Below are positions 8,301 through 15,005 of a DNA stretch of 64,000 bases, in pieces. The DNA comes from a virus: positions 1 to 64,000 of IMG/VR virus record IMGVR_UViG_3300020219_000012. One strand, given 5' to 3'. Each line of letters starts with the position of its first letter. The first letter of the stretch is position 1. Under the pieces are notes generated by a model, which saw nothing but the letters and a program-made list of their open reading frames with translations, was not told the DNA's origin and did no database searches. The position numbers were made by a program, and so were the translations under genes.

Positions 8301-11300
8301 CAAGCGCAATGGCTCAAAGATGGTCATCCAGCCAATGACCGACAGGGAGGTTTCGAGCATGAGCTCGGGAGCCATTACTGAGCCCATCTTCGTGCGCGGC
8401 AAGGATCTGCGCGAAGAAGTTGGCGGCCTGATGGACCCAAGCATCTTCGGAGGGAAGTTCGGTGATCGGTGGGGCCATATCGAGCTCTCCGAGTCGATCC
8501 CGAACCCGGTATTCGAGAACCCCATCAAGAAGCTGACGGGGATGAATGACACGCAGTACACCGGCCTGGTCAAGGGCGATCTGTTCGTCGACCCTGCGAC
8601 CGGAGAGTGGGCGGACCACGGACTCACCGGCGGCCCGGCCATCCAGAAGATGCTGAGCGGCATCGACATCGATACCGACATCAAGTCGTGGACCGACAAG
8701 GCCAAGCAGTCCAAGACGGCGGCGAAGTTGGACGAGGCGAATAAGCGCCTGAAGTACCTGCACGCCCTCAAGAAGATTGGCGTGCGACCCGAGGACGCGT
8801 ACGTCCAGAGCAAGATCCCGATCATCCCACCGCAGTTCAGGCAGATCGTCGAGACCGACGACGGGCAGATCTCGAACCCCGGCCTCAACACGCTCTACCG
8901 AGACGTCAGCCTCATCAACAACGAGCTGGCTTGGCAGAAGGGCATCGACTACATGCCCGAGGGGTCGAAAGCCGAGCTCCGCCAGAACCTCTACGACGGC
9001 GTGGCGGCGATCTATGGCCTCGGGGATCCGATCGCCAAGTATCCAAAGATGCGCGTCCCCCAGGGCATCATCAAGCAGATTAAGGGCGAGAAAGCAGCGA
9101 AGGAAGGCTTCTTCATCAAGAGCGTCCTCAAGCGAAACCAGGACCTGGTCGGCCGCGGCACCATCATTCCGGAGCCGAAGCTGGGGCTCGACGAGGTTGG
9201 TCTACCGGAGGAGATGTCGTGGAGCATCTTCCAGCCCTTCATCACCCGCAGACTTGTCAACTCGGCCGGCAAGTCTCCGAGCGATGCCTCGAGGGAGGTG
9301 CGCGACCGCACGCCGGCGGCGAGGGCGGCCCTGGATGCGGAGATGCTCGAGCGCCCCGTCATCCTCAATCGCGCCCCGTCGCTGCACAAGTTCTCCATCA
9401 TGTCGTTCAAGCCGCAGATCACCAGCGGCAAGGCCATCAAGATTCCACCACTGGTGGTCAAGGGGTTCAACGCCGACTTCGACGGCGACGCCATGACGGT
9501 CCACGTCCCGGTGCTGCCAGATGCCGTGGAAGAGGCGAAGCGGATGCTGCCATCCAACAACCTCTACAACCCCGGCACCGGTCAGATCATGATGCAGCCA
9601 CAGAACGAGGCCGCCCTCGGACTCTTTCTGATGTCGCAGGACTCGGTAAAGAAGAACGACATCCTGGCCGCGTTACCGGCGCAGCTACAGGAGAAGTTCA
9701 AGGATGTTGAGCTGAACAAGAAGGGGCTTAGCGCCCTGACTCGCGACCTCGCCGAGGCCATGCCGCGGGATTACGGCAAGGTCCTGGATAAGCTGAAAGC
9801 CCTCGGTGACGAGCACACCTATCGGACCGGCTTCACCGTCAGCATGAAGGATTTGACGCCGAACATCCCGGGCAGGCAGGACATCTTCGACCGAACGGCG
9901 AAGTCGCTGTCGAAACTGGACTTGTCCAGCGTGGACGGTCGAGAGCAAGGCCGCCAGATCACCGGAGCCGCTAACAAAGAGCTGGACTTGGCGGTTGTCG
10001 CTGGGCTCAATGCTCAGTCGAATAACCTGAACCTCATGGTTCAGTCCGGCGCCCGCGGCAACCTGAACCAGCTCAAGCAGACGGTGTCGACGCCGTTCAT
10101 GGTCGACGACCACCGCGGCAACGCTTCGCCATTCCCGGTCATGAACTCCTTCTCCGAGGGTCTCCGATTCTCGGATTACTGGAGCACGCTGTATGGCGCT
10201 CGCGCAGCCGCTGTCGACAAGCAGCTTCAGACCAGCAAGCCGGGCGAGTTCAATAAGGACATCATGGCCACGTCGGTCGCGACCGTCATCGCCAAGGATG
10301 ACTGCGGGACCAGGGAGGGCCTCGACATCGCCACCGGCTCATCCGACGCCGAGGACAGATTCTTGGCCAAGGACATCTCGGTCAGGGGGGATGTCATTGC
10401 TCCGGCCGGAAGCCAGGTGACGGCCGGCCTCCTGAGCACCCTTCGCGACAGAAGAATCAAGACTATCGACGTTCGGTCTCCGATTACGTGTCGTCTCCCG
10501 AAGGGGGTCTGCGGGAAGTGCTACGGGCTCAATGAGCACGGCATGTCCCCGTCCATTGGCGACAACGTTGGGGCCACGTCGGGGCAGTCGATGTCCGAGC
10601 CGCTCACGCAGATGACCATGCGTACCTTCCACTCGGGCGGAATCTCCGGCACCCGCGGCGTGGTCACCGGCTACGACAAGATCGACAAGCTCCTTAAGAT
10701 GCCCGAGATCAAGAAGGGGCGCGCCACTTTGTCACAGTCCGACGGTGTCGTTGACAGCGTCTCCGTGTCCGTCGGTGCTACGGGCAGGGACGTGAAGATC
10801 GGCGGCAAGAACCACTACATCTCGAATGACCTGTGGGACCCGGGCCGGGTTCGCGTCGGCGGACAGGTGGTCAAGGGCGACATCCTCTCGTCCGGCCTGG
10901 CTCAGCCAGATGAACTCGCCAGACTAAAGGGGATGCGGTCGGCCCAGGAGTACCTGGCAAATGAGATCCAGTCCGCCTACAGCAGCCAGGGCGTCGACCT
11001 CAAGCGTCGCTCGATCGAGACGGTCATCCGCTCTGTTGGCAACACCACCAGAGTCCTTGACCCCGGCGGTAGCGAGTTCCTCCACGGCGACGTCGCGCCA
11101 TGGACCGTCGTCGAGGACTACAACGCCAGGAAGCTGGGCAAGAAAAGCCTCGAGGAGGCTCACGGCATGACACTCCAGGAGGATGTGCCAGGAGTCGCAC
11201 GCGGCACGGTGATTAACGACCGCGTCAAGAAGCTACTCGAGCGCTCCGGGCTAACGGAGATCGAAACGGGGGTGCTGCCCATCCTGCACCGCCCATTCCT

Positions 11301-11505
11301 CAAGGGCATTCAGGAGATCCCGATGATGCGCGATGACTGGATGAGCCAGATGGGCTACCGCCGTCTCAAGGGGGCCATTGTCGAGGGGGCGGCTCGAGCT
11401 GCGGAGTCTGACCTTCACGGCTACTCGCCAATCCCTGGCTTTGCCTACGGGGCGGAGTTCGGCGAAGATCCAACGGGCAAGTCCAAGACTGAGGGCGTTT
11501 ACTGA
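5305..11505 (+). CDS. DNA-directed RNA polymerase, fused beta-beta' single polypeptide
   Basis: beta motifs (GSFIVDG..QLRRKPG, DQTNP, HPSHMGFIDPIHTP, GYNFEDG, GDKLTNRHGAKG, DILLNPHGIVTRIN) followed in frame by beta' motifs (WGHIEL, NRAPSLH, NADFDGD at 9469-9489, SGARGN, CGT..RSPITC..CGKCYG, SEPLTQMTMRTFH). Confidence 0.95.
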   Translation: MNPFDHESQFEKIKKDVVASFSKALDIQATGTGRKIVVKNVWVDDNKDSSDWESQREAVRKDRTWGVPVYAAMDLVDRKTGAVLSSANKLKVATLPKTTDLGSFIVDGKHYQVQNQLRRKPGVYVTEKKNGEKKTEINIAGRPFDIKYDNESGVFKLMRGGLDSTGVPLYPLLSRIGISDSAMAKAWGADVLEANKAIKEKDATKAVLKAGEYFTRSKHDSPDAAAVAISSFFDTDAELRPEVTKATLGKEFSRVGPETLLYGSAELLKLNRGQRGIDDREALEFKKALGTSDLIGERMIQSTGELAPKLSELRKKIFYRLNNRKAPPTDISKLVSSNELSSIFTSFFTQSALANTTDQTNPVNILNGMSKITILGEGGVQSERAIRDEEHSLHPSHMGFIDPIHTPDSSKIGVVMNLPLGGGRKGDDLQTQIISIKDGARRWATPADVRDMVLAFPDQYQDGKLIGNKVKAMVHGEMQMVRADQVDAVLASSKQAFSIASNTIPFLQSAQGVRAQMATKMIEQALPLTYREVPLVQVKVGKGTIENTIGEGFSVRSLSDGVVEKVTPNRITIRTSDGVVEQPIYNNLPLNGKSFLHATATVKAGDEIKKGGVIADSNFTSGGTMALGTNLRAAYIPYKGYNFEDGIVITEAAAKKLSSEHMHEHAISADKGDTFSKDAFMAWRPGALTPEQQEMLDTDGVVRKGQIIKKGDPLWVGTRENRYDPDYLAMKKIAPNTNPRRGHMEEWTGDTDGVVVDVIKTGKKVKVYIKTEEPAQIGDKLTNRHGAKGIITKIIADGEAPYTQNADGTSEKVDILLNPHGIVTRINPSQILETAAAKIATKSGKPYIVDNFTGADYARDMAAELAKNKISDTETLYDAHSKEALGDVLVGPQYVLKLSKQATSQFSARNDGKYDINRAPMRGGEDGAKALDLLSFYSMLSHGSRANLREMATYKGSQNEHFWNWLSAGHKSGQVAPPPQPTFAYRKFEAYLNGAGVNTKRNGSKMVIQPMTDREVSSMSSGAITEPIFVRGKDLREEVGGLMDPSIFGGKFGDRWGHIELSESIPNPVFENPIKKLTGMNDTQYTGLVKGDLFVDPATGEWADHGLTGGPAIQKMLSGIDIDTDIKSWTDKAKQSKTAAKLDEANKRLKYLHALKKIGVRPEDAYVQSKIPIIPPQFRQIVETDDGQISNPGLNTLYRDVSLINNELAWQKGIDYMPEGSKAELRQNLYDGVAAIYGLGDPIAKYPKMRVPQGIIKQIKGEKAAKEGFFIKSVLKRNQDLVGRGTIIPEPKLGLDEVGLPEEMSWSIFQPFITRRLVNSAGKSPSDASREVRDRTPAARAALDAEMLERPVILNRAPSLHKFSIMSFKPQITSGKAIKIPPLVVKGFNADFDGDAMTVHVPVLPDAVEEAKRMLPSNNLYNPGTGQIMMQPQNEAALGLFLMSQDSVKKNDILAALPAQLQEKFKDVELNKKGLSALTRDLAEAMPRDYGKVLDKLKALGDEHTYRTGFTVSMKDLTPNIPGRQDIFDRTAKSLSKLDLSSVDGREQGRQITGAANKELDLAVVAGLNAQSNNLNLMVQSGARGNLNQLKQTVSTPFMVDDHRGNASPFPVMNSFSEGLRFSDYWSTLYGARAAAVDKQLQTSKPGEFNKDIMATSVATVIAKDDCGTREGLDIATGSSDAEDRFLAKDISVRGDVIAPAGSQVTAGLLSTLRDRRIKTIDVRSPITCRLPKGVCGKCYGLNEHGMSPSIGDNVGATSGQSMSEPLTQMTMRTFHSGGISGTRGVVTGYDKIDKLLKMPEIKKGRATLSQSDGVVDSVSVSVGATGRDVKIGGKNHYISNDLWDPGRVRVGGQVVKGDILSSGLAQPDELARLKGMRSAQEYLANEIQSAYSSQGVDLKRRSIETVIRSVGNTTRVLDPGGSEFLHGDVAPWTVVEDYNARKLGKKSLEEAHGMTLQEDVPGVARGTVINDRVKKLLERSGLTEIETGVLPILHRPFLKGIQEIPMMRDDWMSQMGYRRLKGAIVEGAARAAESDLHGYSPIPGFAYGAEFGEDPTGKSKTEGVY

Positions 11506-12587
11506 TGAGCGAAGAAGAAGACCAGGCGCCAGCGCCGGATTTTGAAGTATCGACGCTCCCATCGGTCGCGACGATGATGGCCGCCCTGGCAGCCGGGCGA
11601 GCGGCGCAGCGCTCCGCAGGCGCTGCCATGGTCAGGCGATTCGACAAAATGCCAGCCATCAACGAGCTGCCGGGCACCCCCCTGGAGAATCTGGCAGCCT
11701 TCACCCGCAGGGAGGTTGACGACCTCACTGAGTTCGCAGCCAAGAAGGGCGTCCGCACCCCGATCGTGGCAGGCGGCGCGCGTGGCAATGCGGCGTTCTT
11801 CCCCGGCATGCCGAGGGTCGCCGACGTCATGGGACCCGAGGAGGCTCGACGTGCGGCCGACAAGCTCGGTCTTCCGCTCGGGATAGGCAAAGAGCAGATC
11901 GTCACCAGGGTCGGCTCGGTCCCCGTGGTGATGCATGAGATCGGTCACGCGGCGCCAATCCTGGGAAGCACCCGGCTACGGAATGCCTGGCAGGGTCTCG
12001 GCGCCGGCGTTCGCCTCGTCGGCGGACCGGCACGCGCGGCACTCATGGCCAACGCCATAACCTCCGAGCAGGAGGGTGAGAGCGACGTCCGCGGCTTCGC
12101 CCGTGACAACGCGGCCGCCCTGGTAGGGGCGACGTCCGCCCCCCAGCTCCTGGAGGAAGCGCGCGCCACAGGCAACGCGCTGGCAGGTGCCCGGCGCTAT
12201 GGCCCCGGCGTTGGCCGGACGGCAAGGGAGCTACTCCCCGCCTACGGCACCTATGCGCTGGCCGCCGCCGTGCCGGTCATTGCCACCCTGGCAGCGCAGA
12301 AGGTCATGGAGTACATGCGCAGTCGCGCACTGGCCGGCGAGAAGGTCGCGGCAGCGCCGACGAAGGAAGTCCAATCTCCTGGCATCCTGAGGGCATCAGC
12401 GAGCGCAGCCTGGCGCACTGGCGCATCAGCGCCGAAGCCGAAGACCACGCGACCCAGCTCGAGCCCTGTGTCGCGGGCAAAGGACCATCCCCAGGCAAAG
12501 CCGCCGAGCAAGGCGGCGTACTTCGCCGATGTGATCAAGAGCCTGAACAATCCGCAACGCGGGTTCCGCGGCGCAAAGCCCGGCTAA
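11505..12587 (+). CDS. Putative zinc metallopeptidase-like virion protein (HExxH)
   Basis: VVMHEIGH, downstream EEARAT third-ligand candidate, hydrophobic helices, EKVAA site then basic tail. Confidence 0.6.
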   Translation: MSEEEDQAPAPDFEVSTLPSVATMMAALAAGRAAQRSAGAAMVRRFDKMPAINELPGTPLENLAAFTRREVDDLTEFAAKKGVRTPIVAGGARGNAAFFPGMPRVADVMGPEEARRAADKLGLPLGIGKEQIVTRVGSVPVVMHEIGHAAPILGSTRLRNAWQGLGAGVRLVGGPARAALMANAITSEQEGESDVRGFARDNAAALVGATSAPQLLEEARATGNALAGARRYGPGVGRTARELLPAYGTYALAAAVPVIATLAAQKVMEYMRSRALAGEKVAAAPTKEVQSPGILRASASAAWRTGASAPKPKTTRPSSSPVSRAKDHPQAKPPSKAAYFADVIKSLNNPQRGFRGAKPG

Positions 12588-12612
12588 AAAAGACGGGCGC
12601 GCGCCCGTCTTT
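12585..12612. terminator. Bidirectional intrinsic terminator
   Basis: AAAAAAGACGGGCGCGCGCCCGTCTTT inverted repeat between convergent genes. Confidence 0.75.
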
Positions 12613-12617
12613 ACCTG

Positions 12618-13049
12618 TTAGCTCAGGAAGGAGCCGACATATTGGTCGCGTTCGCGAACCGTCATCCGGGAGATGCTCCTGAGTTGAACGGCTACATCCT
12701 GATGCGGGCACTGATCGGCAATCCTCGAAGACCACGACAAGAGCTTGTCGGCGTCGACGGCGATCGAGGCGATGTTCCTGCTCAGCATGTCGGTGTCCGC
12801 GACACTCAGCTTTAGGCGGTTCACCAGCTGGCAGAGGACGTCGTCATCCGCATCCCCGTCGACCAGGGTTCGCATGGCCGACATGGCAAACGGCAGCATC
12901 CTCCATGGGTAGTACCTCGTCATCATGTCGAGGGGAGGGTGGACCTGCGCCCTGACTCCTCCGGGCATGATGGTGAACTCTCCAATGTCGAGTACTAGCG
13001 GGCTTGGGGTCACGTCAATGTCACTTAGGCGGTGGGTAAAGTAGTACAT
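12618..13049 (-). CDS. Hypothetical protein
   Basis: 143 aa, starts MYYFTH, downstream of ssb. Confidence 0.6.
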   Translation of the reverse strand: MYYFTHRLSDIDVTPSPLVLDIGEFTIMPGGVRAQVHPPLDMMTRYYPWRMLPFAMSAMRTLVDGDADDDVLCQLVNRLKLSVADTDMLSRNIASIAVDADKLLSWSSRIADQCPHQDVAVQLRSISRMTVRERDQYVGSFLS

Positions 13050-13060
13050 GACGCCCTTCC

Positions 13061-13483
13061 TCAGAACGGGATGTCGTCGGTGCTCGAGCCACCCGCCGGC
13101 GGTCCGTCGTCATCGGAGCGCGCCGCAGTCGGCTTGCCGTCCTTGTCCTTGCCGCTCGACGCGCCGTCGACGAAGCGGAAAAACTCGCCCTTGACCTCGC
13201 GGCGGTACTGCTTCACGCCATCCTTGTCAGGGTAGCTGCGAGTCTTGGTCTTGCCCTCGATGTAGATCGACCCGCCCTTGCCGAAGTACTTGAAGATGGT
13301 CTCGGCCTGCTTCCCCCAGAAGCTCACCTCGAACCACTCAGTCTCCTTATGGGTGTTGCCGCTCTTGTCCGTCCAGGACTCATCGGTTGCCACGCTGAAC
13401 GACGTCACCGACGAGTCGCCGATGACCTTGTTCTCCGGATCTTTGCCCAGTCTTCCGAGAATGATCTGCTTGTTCACTGACAC
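13061..13483 (-). CDS. ssb: Single-stranded DNA-binding protein
   Basis: VNKQIILGRLGKDPE..FSVATDESW..TEWF..KGGSIYIEG; acidic C-terminus DDIPF; AAGGAG RBS. Confidence 0.93.
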   Translation of the reverse strand: MSVNKQIILGRLGKDPENKVIGDSSVTSFSVATDESWTDKSGNTHKETEWFEVSFWGKQAETIFKYFGKGGSIYIEGKTKTRSYPDKDGVKQYRREVKGEFFRFVDGASSGKDKDGKPTAARSDDDGPPAGGSSTDDIPF

Positions 13484-13537
13484 TGCTAGCTCCTTGAAAA
13501 CGGTGGATGAGGCGGGATGCTCCTGGCCTTCAAAACC

Positions 13538-13548
13538 CTTATGCCAGC
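13538..13548 (-). promoter_or_regulatory. GCTGGCATAAG motif copy 2 upstream of ssb
   Basis: Exact 11-mer; shares AAAACCCTTATGCCAGCG (18 nt) with copy 1. Confidence 0.65.
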
Positions 13549-13569
13549 GAAACTGGGTAGGATGGCCCT

Positions 13570-14541
13570 GTGAACAACAACTTCTGGAAGGGTGGCGGAC
13601 AGCCCTCTGGCCGCATCCTCTTCGGGGTCGTTGGGGAGCAGAACCCCAATCGTCCCGGAATCTATAGGTTTTCTTCGACCTGCGGGATCGTCGTGAACGA
13701 CGCCCACGTCCTGAGCCCTGACGCCGACAACAGCGGTGGCGGAGAGCATACCCAGCCCAGGGCCGGGTCCACCTGCGTGGCGGTAATGACCAGCAACGGA
13801 GCTCAGTGCTTCATTATTGGCTTCTCGCGATCGCCCACCGTGGACGACGAGTCAGATGAGGCTCCGAGCGTTGGAACTCCGGCCGACAGCGACACGGCCG
13901 GTGACAAGGTCTACAAGACCGCCGGTGGTGCCACTCTGCTTCTCAAGCGGGGTGGGGCGGTGGTCATGGAAGGTGGTCCGGGTTCGAGCATTCTACTGAA
14001 CCCGCTCAACAACCAGATGTCGCTCAGGTCATCGAACCTCCGCCAGAACGCCGACGGATACCTGGCCAAGCGAGGGCGGCAAAAGATCGGCTCCACCGAT
14101 CCGGAGACCGTCCACGAGGAAGCATTCCTCCACCAAGTTGGGCCCGCGTACGACAGGATCAGAATCCGCCACGGCAACCTGGACGCCAACGCCAGACGAA
14201 CGCTCGAGCTCGCCTCGGTAAAGATCGTGTCCAGCAAAGAGGTCGCCGAGATCAAGACCCGCGAGACCTACTTCAGCGACGGGTCCTGGGTCGGCGAAGG
14301 TCCCAAATACCAGTGGGGCGGGGCGGGCGCGGACGAGCCAGCCGTGCTCGGCCTCCAGCTGGTCGAAGCGTTCTCGACGCTCATCGACATCATCAAGGAA
14401 CTCAAGGTCGGGACCGCGTGGGGACCCTCGACTCCGCCGCTACCCCCGACTCCGATCCAGCTTGAACAGCTCAAGAGCCAGCTATCTGATAAGATTCTCT
14501 CGACCTTCGCCTTCTTCTCCAAGACTCCACCGACCCTTTAA
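13570..14541 (+). CDS. Baseplate central spike (gpV/gp5-like)
   Basis: N-terminal OB-fold-like QPRAGSTCVAV..FIIGF; beta-rich middle; C-terminal EPAVLG..L..L..TAWGPSTPP tip-like motif. Confidence 0.6.
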   Translation: MNNNFWKGGGQPSGRILFGVVGEQNPNRPGIYRFSSTCGIVVNDAHVLSPDADNSGGGEHTQPRAGSTCVAVMTSNGAQCFIIGFSRSPTVDDESDEAPSVGTPADSDTAGDKVYKTAGGATLLLKRGGAVVMEGGPGSSILLNPLNNQMSLRSSNLRQNADGYLAKRGRQKIGSTDPETVHEEAFLHQVGPAYDRIRIRHGNLDANARRTLELASVKIVSSKEVAEIKTRETYFSDGSWVGEGPKYQWGGAGADEPAVLGLQLVEAFSTLIDIIKELKVGTAWGPSTPPLPPTPIQLEQLKSQLSDKILSTFAFFSKTPPTL

Positions 14542-14996
14542 TGCCAGTCGTAGCCGTCACATCCGTCCTGGCGGCTGGCCTCCTGCCGATGTTCACCACC
14601 GGATCTTCACCGTCAACGACCAGGGCGTCGGCCGAGGCGTGGGCGCAGGCGTACATCGCGTACGTGACCGCCGGTGGCGTGGTTGGCGGTCAGGCCAAGG
14701 AGACGGCGTTCGCCGCCGCCCTCGAGACGGCGTTCAATCCCAACCTTTCTGGCGGCGGTCCTGCGCTATTCCTGAGCGCAATGAGCTCGTTCTGGATTGG
14801 TCTGCAGGTGCCGGCCCAATTGGCCACGGCAACGATCTTCGTCCCATCGTCGCCTAGCGTGGATAATCCACAGCCGGATGACGCCACGCCACAACAGCAA
14901 GCAAACGGATTGGCTCAAGTAATCGCTGGGCTTACACTGGGGGCCGTCAAGGTCATGCTGATTGCCCCGCCCAACACGGTACTGCCGCTCCTCTAG
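14541..14996 (+). CDS. Hypothetical virion protein
   Basis: 151 aa coupled to spike gene. Confidence 0.6.
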   Translation: MPVVAVTSVLAAGLLPMFTTGSSPSTTRASAEAWAQAYIAYVTAGGVVGGQAKETAFAAALETAFNPNLSGGGPALFLSAMSSFWIGLQVPAQLATATIFVPSSPSVDNPQPDDATPQQQANGLAQVIAGLTLGAVKVMLIAPPNTVLPLL

Positions 14997-15005
14997 GAGA
15001 ACACG

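Noticed and set aside
5305-11505. Host chromosomal rpoBC locus or prophage boundary
   Set aside because: No ribosomal protein/nusG neighbours, strong divergence and domain loss, flanked by phage genes
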